Below, in pieces: positions 52,593 through 64,000 of a stretch of DNA of 64,000 nucleotides (its first letter is position 1; every line of letters begins with the position of its first letter). Origin of the DNA: Zootoca vivipara (lineage: Eukaryota). The notes under the pieces are model-generated. The model was not told the origin of the DNA and searched no databases. It saw only the letters and a list, made by a program, of their open reading frames with translations. Location of the stretch: NCBI RefSeq assembly GCF_963506605.1, contig NC_083282.1, forward strand, positions 52,266,001 to 52,330,000, read 5' to 3'. The position numbers were made by a program, and so were the translations under genes.

Positions 52593-52830
52593 CAGTGGTA
52601 CCTTGGTTTACAACCATAATCCGTTCCAGAGGTCCGTTTGTAAACCAAAACAGGTTGTAACCCAAGGCGCGCTTTCGCCAATGGGGCCTCCTCCCCAAAA
52701 TTGTTCATAATCCAAAAAAAGGGTTGTGAAAAAAAGAAGTTTGCAAACCAGGACATGCACTTCCAGGTTTGATGCGGTTGTAATCCAAAACGTATGCAAA
52801 CCAGACTGTTTGCAAACCAAGGTACCACTA
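52593..52830. mobile_element. Tigger-like (Tc1/mariner-pogo) MITE
   Basis: TIR cagtggtaccttggttt / aaaccaaggtaccact; TA TSD. Confidence 0.85.
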
Positions 52831-54970
52831 TATTGTGATTTTGGATCTAAGACTGGTCTTAGCCTTCATGTGCAGGGAGCTAATAAGGCTAAGCCACTGC
52901 CACATCACCACCCCAACCCACTTAGGGCACAATCCTAAGGGGGTGTTGCAGGGATCATAGGATACAGCAGAACTTTCCCTCTGCCTGTGTAGAGGGAGGC
53001 CAATGAGCAGATAAGGGGATCTGGTCATACAAGTCTCCCTGTTGGGGGCTCAGCAGAAGAGGCTTTGGATCCAGCCAATTCAAAGCTCTCTCATTCCTCC
53101 AACACATTCCGGGAATTGCCAGGTTGGTGGTGGTGTGTCAAGTGTGCTAGTCCTGGGACTGTACTTACTTTCCTGCTCAATGGGGCAGGCAGAAAAACAC
53201 CAGAGCAGGGGGGAACACACCTTTTTTCTGCTGATGTGAAACTACCAAGGTGTGGGATTCTCTTTCCCATAAGATTGTCCTGCTCGACTTCTCATCCAGA
53301 TACAGTAGGAGACACCCTACTGGGGCAGTACTGCTCACTTGACCTCCAGTTGATCACATCACTGCTGCTTACCAAGAAGTAGAGGGTGAGGTGGCAGTGA
53401 GGTCCGTGCAGTGCAGACTCACTTGCAAGAGCACCGGATTGGCTCTGCCAGTGTGTTTCCACTACACTGACCTTACTGCTGCATTGCCCCTCTACCTCCC
53501 AATAAACAGCAGCAACACAACCAACCAGGCATCTTGTGAGTGGCAGCAGCCCACCATTGCTACTGTCCAGTCATTGGTTGTTGTGAACCTTAGCTACATA
53601 TCTGTCCCTTCTCAACAACTGTTGGCTACCTGCTCATCTTTAACATAACTCTTCTGCTTCAGAACAATGCTCTGGGTAGTCTGCGCACTGTGTGCATGAC
53701 CAACATCAACTTAGGCAACAGAACTTGTGCACAAGGATGTATTTTGAGCAACTGCCTCTGAGGAAGGTGGCCACACTTGAAATGTCATGGTGGGCTACAT
53801 TCTTCTTACTATAAACAGCCTCACATAGCCCCCTTTGAAGTTCATCTCTCTCACCTTTCCGGTGCTGTTCTGCTCCACCCACCCACCCCCAAATTGGCAA
53901 TGGATGCCACATTTTGGACAGAACTTAATTGCACATCTAAGTCCTTGCTTGAACTGGTTCCTTTTGGCTCAGTGCTCAGCTAAGCCAAGGTTTGGCTTAG
54001 CATGTTTGTTCAAATCAGGGCTTGTGGTTATTACTGAGGACCCCCTATTTTTCAAAAGCGAAGCAGATCAGAAGGAGCAGAGGTTGGATGGGTGCAGGGG
54101 GGAGAGGAAGCGGAGTCCCCTCCACTGCATGGGTTGAGTGGGAGGGGGTGGGGGGTGCATCAAGCTGCCGTCAGTGGGGCAGCCAGCAAAGCTGCATGTC
54201 CACTGTGGCGGCTGCTGCTGCTTTTCTGCTGACTGAGAAAAGCTGCTCCCCCTCAGTGCCAGGGGAAGGAAGTGCCACGGTGCCTGGAAGTGAAGGGTGA
54301 TCAGCTGCCCCATTCTCCGTCAGCGTGAGGGAAGGCAGCTCATATCAGCACCGTTATCAGCTAAGATCATTGTGCGATATTCATGGTGCCTTGAAATTGG
54401 CTGCTCTCTTCTCCCTTGCACAAGGAGTGATAAATTGCTGCATATTGCCAAGTCAGAATTGTTATCGTGATGTGATTTCAAAACTGATTTTGGCCAATAT
54501 ATTGAAAATTTGCACACTGCTAAAACAGACCATAAAATATATGGTATTACCATGCAAAAATGACAAAAAAAAAATAGTGGGAGGGAAGACAAGGGATGGG
54601 GCTGCGGATCCCATGGGTGCATTCCATGGATTCCCAGGGGTCCCCGGACCCCTAATTGGGAACCACTGGCCTAGAACAAACCTTGATTACAGCATATGGG
54701 GAAGGAGGAGAGAGCTTAATCACAAGCTCTGCTTCAAATGGCATGCTAGACCAAATTTTGGTTTAGCTGTTACGCCACGCTGAGCTAAAAGGACCCAGGA
54801 GGAGCAAAACTGCTATAGTTCCCTCCCTGAGATCCTACACATTCATGCTAAGCCATGGTTTAGCTTCGTGTTATGTTTTAACGTCACCTGTATTTTTAAC
54901 TCAGGAGTACCGCCCACCAATTCCATTTCTTCATGGAGTGGGCATGCATTTAACTGTCACAGTTTCTTAA

Positions 54971-55195
<225 letters not shown>

Positions 55196-57934
55196 TGAGT
55201 TCAAAGGCTTTAGGCACTGAGCTAGATTTGCTCACAGTTGTGGCCTGCAACGTTGGAATGGTCCTTCTCCTAAGCACACAACATGCTCCAGAGCTAAGAA
55301 ATTATGGGACAGTTTTCAAGGAAACATGATAGCCAGTCATTTGTTCTGTCTTCCATAAGAGTAAAAAAAAGTTGAAATTCTTTGGAAGATCCTGAGATAG
55401 GCATGACTGCATGAGCATGCCAGATACTAACTAGCCATGCTTTCAGACACCCACCCAAGTAGACAGGGAAGATGCTAAAATACTGCTTCAAAGATGGAAG
55501 AGGGACCTGATGCAGAATGGAACTGTAGATGTTAGTCGCCACTCCTATTAACACCTGGCAGCTTGTTATTAAGCAGCAATGTAATGAACTTATCTGTATG
55601 GCAGTTAATTAACACCCTTAATCCCCTCAGGCTTCTTTCCTAACTTTCTTAGTCCTCAGTATAATTTGTTGGAAAAGAATAATGTAAAGTTTGTATTGCT
55701 GTCTTGATTTAAAAACAAACAAACAAATGCATAAACATGAATTTTAGTTCATTATTCTGAGCACTATAAATGTTGGTTTTCTTACTTTGAATTTTTTTTT
55801 TTTTAAACCAGGTGAAAAAAATGAACTTTGGCGTGTAGAAGAGGGAATTTTACCTGCTGAAGTTCCCTGTTTAATGGTTGTGTAAAACAGGAGTTTCTGT
55901 ATAAAGGAGTTCTGTCTTTTTTCACCTGGACACTATTTAAAACTCTGCTGTCCTGACCTGAAATATATGTTATTTCAGCATATCTTCAGATTCAGAGTAC
56001 AGTACATGCAGGGGAGGATCCATAGGTGGAGCCAGGGCCAGCCCTAGACATTTTGCTGCCTGAAACAAAGGACAAGATGGCTCCCTCCTATTTAATGACA
56101 AAAGTCAGTTGGGCTGGCAGTTGATGGGTCAGAATCGTCCACCAGACCTGAGGGCACCAGGCAGACCATATGTCTGAGTGGAATGAACAGGGTCTTGGAA
56201 GGAATGGCAAGGGAGAGAGTTGATGCCACTGGCCCCATAACCCAGCACCTGCTGCCTCACTCTACTGTTTCCCTGTGGGCTGTTCCCCTGTCCAATAGGT
56301 TTAATTGGGGTGTCAGGAGGAGAATTTTGGTGCTATATATATAAGCCAAAATCTGCCAGCCCAGCTTTACAGAAGTTGATTTGTTCAAATTTTCTAATTT
56401 GAACAAATCTACTTCTGTAAAACTGTTTTATCTTTTCTTTCAGGGGGAGGGAAAACCCCGACATTTAGGCTGCAATCCTGTGTGCACTTAACATGGAGCA
56501 AGCCTAGTTGAACTCTGTAGGACTTATTTATGCATAGGCATACATTGCACTGTTATTAACATATTTCATCAATTTCATTGTAATTTTTTTTTAAAAAAAA
56601 TCAGACTCTCATTCAGAACTAAGGTGTAGTAGATTTTTGGGAGCTCAACAGCCGAGTCCTCAAAACTGTCATTTCCAAGATAATGGGAATTTATTCTCAC
56701 TTCTGTGGTTTCCCCCCCTTTTGGATAGGAAATGTATGGTGAATTTGTGCTTCCATGCAATTAACGTGGCTAGTCTATTTTACTGACTCATGTTTAGTTG
56801 CTGCCTTTTCACTGTAGAGGCCCTTACAGAAAACAGTTAAAAGCAACATTATAAGAAGTATTAACATTAAATAATTGCAGTACAAAAAGTGCAATTAAAA
56901 ACATTTAAATCCAATTAGCTCAGAGACATTTCCTCAATCATCTGTAAATCACAATAGTGCTTAATCCCACTCTGCTAAAGAAATTGTCCCTTCCTGTGTT
57001 TTACCTCAGCATGACTAATCATAAAAAGGGGGAAGTATTTCTCTTCCTGTACAAATACCTTGGAGACACATAGCACTTGGGGCATGCAAAGTGCTAGCTA
57101 GCCCTCATACACTTCACCGCTCACTGACATGATACCAGGTCACAACCCAGGCCTCAGGAGGCAACTGGCTTGGGTATACAGCTGTGTTCAACACCAGGGC
57201 CTGTTTCCCTCTCCAAATCAGCAGCTGCAAGTTCTCCCCTCCCTTCTGGCTGGGGAAGACAGCTGCTAACATGTGATGTAGTGCAGGTGTTTTATTCTGA
57301 CTGCACAAGGCCTGGCCCTAGGGAAGCTGGGCATGTGTTAGGAGTTGAGGTGGGAAGAGTTGCTTTATGCTTAGGCTATGGCCCCTTTCATCTCCATCCA
57401 GGTTCTGCCTTCATGGCTTTCTTTTTATGAGTTTGTGGCAATTAGGTTAATGAAGCCAATGACGTAAACATGAAGCCAGTAGGCTGGATGTGGCCAACAG
57501 ACTGTGCCTTCCAGTGCCAGTGAACTTCCCTTTAGGAAAAGAATAGGTGGCCCTGGCATCTCCCTCAGCAAAAACTCTACTGGGAAAGCATATTTTCTGC
57601 TTGTGGTTACTTCTGAGCATCTCACTGAGAAAGTGGCAGTGGAAAACTTGCAGACTCTCTTCCCATTCCCAGCCCTTTTGCTCCATTTGGGGTTCTTGTG
57701 TCAGCCCTGAGATTCAGCCCTTTGACTTGCATACAAAGTTGAGTAATGTGTTGGCTCTGATCTTGTGACGTATTCCCAAGCTGATACTTCTATCCTAATT
57801 AGTCAGAAACAATTACCACCTTTCCTCTCCTCCCCAGTTCAGTCACTGGCACGGTTTAGAACCACTTTTTCACTCATAAACATTATGTATTAAAAGGATG
57901 GGGGGGGAGATCCCTTTGTTCAGGCAGGCAGATA

Positions 57935-58110
57935 GGCAGTTTTTATCCCAGCATTCCTCCAAGGAGTTCAGAGCAACATACATGGTTCCCTCTCTTTTAT
58001 CCTCAACAGCCCTGTGAGGTAGGTTAGGCTGACAGAAAGGGAGTGTTGACTGGCCCAATTGTCACCCAGTGAGTTTCATAGCTCTGGAGATTTGAAGCTG
58101 GGCTTTTACC
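57935..58110 (-). mobile_element. MIR-like CORE SINE; related old copies near 6790-6900 and 14165-14290
   Basis: atcctca.caac.ccctgtgaggtagg...gactggccca...gtcacccagtgagtttcat. Confidence 0.65.
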
Positions 58111-58267
58111 TTTTTTCAACCTTGATGATTTTTAGTGTAACATTGTAGTTAAGAGTGTTAAGGAGTAATTGCTGTGCATATTGAATATGTGTACTTCAAT
58201 GCTTATTTGACTTGAAGGGGTTAGGTCTGACAATGGAGCCTGGACTGCAGAGTAAATAATGGCAGTT

Positions 58268-58269
<2 letters not shown>

Positions 58270-58317
<48 letters not shown>
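58270..58317. repeat. (CA)n microsatellite
   Basis: Directly visible. Confidence 0.97.
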
Positions 58318-58319
<2 letters not shown>

Positions 58320-58465
58320 CTGTTAGAATGACTTTGACAAAAGACTGCTGGCAATGGGTACAGTTTCAAAATCTCTGGTTATTGAGGAAGTAAAATAATC
58401 CAGGCCTCAGGGATGTACTGTCTACTTGGTGGAATGTGGCTTATACACTCTTTTCCTGTTCCCAG

Positions 58466-58582
58466 ATATTGATGAATGCTCCTTTGACAGAACCTGTGAC
58501 CACATCTGTGTAAACACGCCAGGCAGCTTCCAGTGCCTGTGTCACAAAGGCTACACACTCTATGGACTCACCCACTGTGGAG
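58466..58582 (+). CDS. SCUBE3: SCUBE3 coding exon (exon-9 equivalent), calcium-binding EGF
   Basis: cccag|AT ATT GAT GAA...TGT GGA G|gtatca; 117 nt; [39 protein letters not shown]. Confidence 0.96.
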
Positions 58583-59113
58583 GTATCAGTGTGACAGATA
58601 AGGATGAGTGGGACTTGGCTGTTCTGTGTGACCTCTTTGGCACCTCTTTCTTGAACTTTAAACCTTCTACCTTTCTCAGGTATAACTGTCCTCTTTCTGT
58701 TCTAAGCTGAAGCCTAGTGCCTTTGACCTCCAAGGGACCAGTTCAGACTGGTTTTCATTTATGGACAGTAAGCTTTGAGAAAGTCTCCATTGCTCATGCA
58801 GTTTCTGCTTCACCCAAAGCAGGGCCCTCCCTATAATATTGTCAGTAATCATTAGTTGTCCTCTCATTAGGATGTTTAGCTCTAAGCTGAACACAGAACC
58901 TGGAGAATATCAGCAAGCCCCAAGAGCTGAATAGAAGTTAGAAAACAGTTCTTGCAAAGGGAGGTTCTTGCACATTTGGTAGGTAAAGTCATTTTTAAAT
59001 CCAAAGATGACTCAAAACGGTTCCTATTTATGTGCAAGGTAATATTCATGAATACTAAGTTTCTTTCAGAATACATTGGTGCTGGCTTCAGTTGGAAATG
59101 AGACACTTTATTC

Positions 59114-59248
59114 CAGGCATCCCCAAACTTCAGCCCTCCAGATGTTTTGGACTACAATTCCCATCATCCCTGACCACTAGTCTGTTAGCTAGGGATCATG
59201 GGAGTTGTAGGCCAAAACATCTGGAGGGCCGCAGTTTGGGGATGCCTG
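59114..59248. mobile_element. hAT MITE (terminus caggcatccccaaact)
   Basis: TIRs; TSD ctttattc. Confidence 0.92.
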
Positions 59249-62200
59249 CTTTATTCTGTGATGGTGGATCACAGGCACAGTAAGACAACTGCTGTGTTAC
59301 TTATCAAAGATAACTCTCCTGCATCTCACGTTGGATGGAAATCTTTAGGCAGGATGCAAATAGCTCAGATTGAGCTCAATTCATTGATTGGGATCTTGCA
59401 TTCTAAACACCGAGGCTGTGTCTGCTGTCGTGCATTGCAGTTTGACATTCCCTCCCATTCTGTGAAGTTGTTAGTAATGAAATTTAGGCTGTGTAAAGAA
59501 GTGACCGTGTAGAGTGGCCTCTCTGACATGATACAGCACATTACTGCAGTTTCGACCCAGCAGCTCCTGCCTTCGTGGTGCAGACATTAGTAGAATAATG
59601 TAGTTCAGGATCAGCTCATAACCTGGTTAACAGTGGGTGGCCAAACAGGCAGTGAAGTTACCAACACGGGCCTGTGAAAATCTGAAAGCACAGACATGGA
59701 GAGCCTTTCAGAGTACAGGTCATTCACTGTTTGTGTACCACAAATTACTGGATGTCTGGTATCCCAGTGCTTCTGTCTGGATTATACTGGTGGCTTATCC
59801 TTTAAGACAGGAAAACAAAAGCAGGTCTGTTCACTGCAAAGATAACAAATCTAAACCCTTGTTGAATCTCACATCATCAGCATAAGCATATGTATGTATG
59901 ATGCTGTCTATAATGAGTCACACCATTGGGCCATATAGCCCAGAATAATCTGTTCTTATTGACAGTGGCTCTCCAGTATCTTGAAGAGAGATATATTCTA
60001 ATCTTGCTGAGGTCCTTTTGATTGTAATCACTAAGGGTGAAACCTTGGGACTTCTACTTCCAATACATGTGCTCTACTACTGAGCTCTTCCCAATGCATC
60101 TTGGTGGCCCTAGTGAGAGAATCTTTGTATGGTGAGATGCTTATTTGATGGATTTTATGGACTCTGTTTGCCCTTGCTTGAAGTGTAGAGAATACTATAG
60201 TTTATGCAGAAATGTTTCATTTGAATGTTCTTTATAGTCTCTACATAATCTGCCCACAAAACAGCTCTAACACAACAATTCCAATTTTACACAAAAATAA
60301 AACTGAGACTTGGCCAAGTCAATGATTGAACCAAGCAAGGGCTGAACAGGTTTCCTAAAGCCTGGCCTACCATTCCTGCACCTGGACCACAAAAGAGATT
60401 CCCCCCCCCTTTCTTGTGAGACCACATTTAGTGAATTATGTTTCCTAAAATATGTTTGCTACTCTTTGCCGAGGGTGGCAGGACCAGACATTTGTCTCTG
60501 CAGCTATAAACAAGGTGACAGGAACGATTTGTGTCTTGTCCAGTGGGATGGGAGTAGGGAAAACCCCTTTGTGAGTTTTTGGCAGAGGATTTGAGGTGGG
60601 TGGAGGGGAACTTCAGAAAGTTTTATGGTTTCTCAATGGAGGGGGGAGGAAAGGGTTGGGGTTGTGCCAGCAAGAAAAATGGAAAGGCAGATGGAAGGCG
60701 TGGAGGGGTTTGTTGGAGCGTGTTGCTGCAGCAGTGTGGCTTGCCACGATAAATATAAGGGAGAGTTATTTCTCTCAATATGCCCTAGATTATACAGACT
60801 GAGGGCAGATGCATAAACAGACTGCAGCAATTACACGCACACAAACATGCACGCAAGTAAAGTATGCAGACTGGCAAAAGTGAAGTGCACCTGAAAACTG
60901 AAAACACAAATTCACCCGTTGGGCTAAATTTGCCACTCCGGTCAAATTGGTGCAGATTTGTGGTCTTCAATGCGGTAAAATGTAATCACAAATCTAAAAC
61001 AGCATATTGTCCGAGTGCCAATGTTGTCACGCAGCTTCGTAAGTATTGTTTAAACTGGATGCTAGACCTTTACTTGATGTCTGTCCAAAGTGTGCTATCA
61101 TTCTGTGGCTGCCAAGTACAGATCCCCCTGTACTTTGTTGGGATGAAGCTGTTTCTGCTTAGGCAACCAATTTTGTTCAGTCCTTTGCATGATAACAGGC
61201 AGAGCCCAGCTATGGATCACAGGTGTGGACACAGAAATCACATTGCAAAGAGACAGTTGTAGGTGGAGTGTCTGCATCACTAGCATATTTTGTGAGAAAA
61301 GTCACATTTAATTGTCCTGCTAGCAAAGGCTTATTGTATTGAATTAGTGGCTTGCAAAGGAAGGTTTCATTTCATTTTTAATCATAGACCTGAGATGCAT
61401 ATGTACAGGAGGCCCCACACTGCCAGTGCAATATTGCTAAACTGGGGTGTGGTGGGTGGACTGGAAAGCTCCTAAGAGAAACAAAGGCTATAGGGCTAAG
61501 TAAAGGTTCCTCCACCCTTTAATCTTATTTTGGTTCTGGGAGTGGGACTGGCGACTATGTACACACCATACATACAGTTCCCTACGAAACCTCCGTAATG
61601 GATAAACTACAGCTCCCAATATACTTTGCAGGACGTTATACACTATAAATATGCTTTAAATGTATGGTGTGATCACAGCTGAGGAAGAAGGTTTTACTCA
61701 ACACCTACCTATGATATGAAAGTGCAGCTGCCTTAGACTACCTAAGGAATTAGATTTGAAGGGTGGGCATCCAGGGTCATAGCACAGCTTCTTTATGCAC
61801 CGTGTCATGTTACCTGTTGAGGAAATAAACCAAACAAATCGGTACACAAGGGAGATGGGGCAACTGGCTAGGTCACACACCGGAATAGAAAAGGAGTTAG
61901 ATGCTATAATATATTACAAATTGAAAAATCAGTAATTAGACATTTGAAAGGGGGCAGTTTCCTGTTGAAGAAATCAAGCAGCATTTTGCCATTTTTATCA
62001 AGAGAAATGTAGGCAGCACAAGAAGATAGCAGTTCTCACCTTCTCCATTCCAGTCCTCACCTTCTCCATTCCAGTGCAACATATCATCTGTACACCTTGT
62101 GTGGGACTTTCCCAGTCTTCTTTCTTCCTCCATGAACCATACCCCCTGTTATTGTTCCTTGTAGGCTCCGTTTCTCCCTTACAGGAGGCTGCACTTCTAA

Positions 62201-63237
62201 TCCCAAGCTCTTGTGAGCAGTGTTCCTCCCCCCCATCCTCTTCCGCCTTATTTTACCTCAACCACAACAGCTTTGCATTCTACCTGCAGCAAGCGTCCCT
62301 ACAGGTTTCTAGGCCCTGCCTGATATTTTATCCCTTCTGATTTCCCCACAACAGATGTATATACCAGTGCTGGTTACATAGAATGTTTAGCCATAAACTT
62401 TATCACTTGAAATTATTTGAAAAGAGAGGATCGGGCAAACACCACTAGATAGTTTCATTGTCATTCAACTTGCTTCACCAAAGTAGGACTTCAACTCTGC
62501 GCTCCCCTGCTTTAACTTATGGCCTTATTTGAACATCCATTACTCTTCTTTGGAATTCTCTGATTCACACTGAAAGCTGAAAAGGAATCTTATCGAAGAC
62601 CACATCAAACAATTAATCCATTTTTCATTGCTGGTTTAGGACACTAAGCTCCAGGAATACTGTGTTCCCACAGTAAATTGGACTTAACCCTTGGAGGAAG
62701 ATACAAGTGAAATTAAAAGGGATATGCTAGACAGCTCTTTTAAAAGCAAAAATTAAAGATATGTCCCATCAGTATCATTATTAGGCTCCAGGGATAACTC
62801 AGACTCACGAGTGTAACACGATTATTAACCCAACCCAATGCCAGTGCTGGGCTATTCTGTGCCCTAGACAAGGCTAGCTACTTGCACTCCACAATTGTTT
62901 TAATTGCTAACTTCAATGCTCAAAAACATGTCTTGTGAAAAAATTAAAAAGCACAAAATTTGAAACTGCTAAATAATCTTTGTGAATTGTGGTGTTAAAA
63001 TTTAAGTCTCTTAATGGTTTCAATCTCAGGCACATCAAAATCTCACTTTGTGTGCCTTTTCCTTCTTGTGGTGGCATAAGCTTTGAAAGTCTTCAAGCTA
63101 TTGCTGTAAGTCCACAGCACAGACCTTCGGTGCCAATATCTTTGTTTCCAATGTGCATCAGTGATTTTTTCTAAATGCTTGCAGTCATCTAGTATATCTT
63201 CAGTAGATACTTTGTTGATAGATATTTCATATATCAT

Positions 63238-63594
63238 AGGTAAAGGTAAAGGGACCACTGACCAGGTAAAGGTCCAGTCATGGACGACTCTGGGGTTGCG
63301 GCGTTCATCTTGCTTTACTGGCCAAGGGAGCTGGCGTACAGCTTCCGGGTCATGTGGCCAGCATGACTAAGCCCCTTTCTGGCGAACCAGAGCAGTGCAC
63401 AGAAATGCCTTTTACCTTCCCGCCAGAGCAGTCCCTATTTATCTACTTGCACTTTGAGGTGCTTTCGAACTGCTAGGTTGGCAGGAGCTGGGACCGAGCA
63501 ACGGGAGCTCACCCCGTCGCGGGGATTCAAACCACCGACCTTCTGATCGGCAAGCCCTAGGTTCAGTGGTTTAACCCACAGCACCACCCGCATC
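63238..63594 (-). mobile_element. Sauria SINE
   Basis: Colinear with the 44891-45246 copy; aggtaaaggtaaaggg tail; TSD not evident. Confidence 0.9.
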
Positions 63595-64000
63595 AAATGG
63601 GGAATTATAGTGTAGCTGTTGTAGCTTGTATGGCCACGTCTGAAACAACATAGTAGAAACCTACTTTGAATTTCTGCCTTGGTCCTCACAGTGCCTCTTC
63701 TTGGGCCTCACACTCAATCTGCCATGTCTTTCTCCTTTTTCCTAACCCGTTCTGTCTCAAAAGTTTGGTAGTATTTCTAACATCTATCAAAACTTGTTGA
63801 AAACCCTCATCACACCTGCAGCCCGCAAGGTAATTCTTGGTCACTTGCAGTTGCCCTTGTCACTGAATTTAAATCAGCTTCCTTATTTTGTAGCATTTTA
63901 CTTGTGAGATTAACATTGAAAAGGATGTTGTAACACATGATACCACAAACTATTTTTATTTATTTATTTATGTAGAGCAATTGTAGCCTGTTCCTTCACC

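Overview
Vertebrate genomic DNA, not prokaryotic. It is most likely a squamate and probably a lacertid lizard, inferred from Sauria SINEs, Squam-type SINEs, BovB, CR1 and lizard hAT MITEs. The window lies inside SCUBE3 (+ strand) and holds six EGF-repeat coding exons (human-equivalent exons 4-9, 12886-58582), all phase 1 with GT-AG boundaries. It also holds a 48-nt in-frame cassette exon (41664-41711) missed by the ORF track, followed by a QKI/RBFOX motif cluster. The rest is intron packed with transposons, many young and with intact target-site duplications (TSDs), plus microsatellites and one 170-N gap. Most notable non-coding items: a minimal hammerhead-ribozyme motif in an inverted Penelope-like insertion (about 15836-15873, - strand); a perfect 96-bp inverted repeat inside a hAT-like element inserted in a (TG)n tract; and a MITE family whose copies share one core but carry different self-complementary termini. 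I do not see a clearly new multi-gene system. Family names and comparisons to human come from memory, not database searches.
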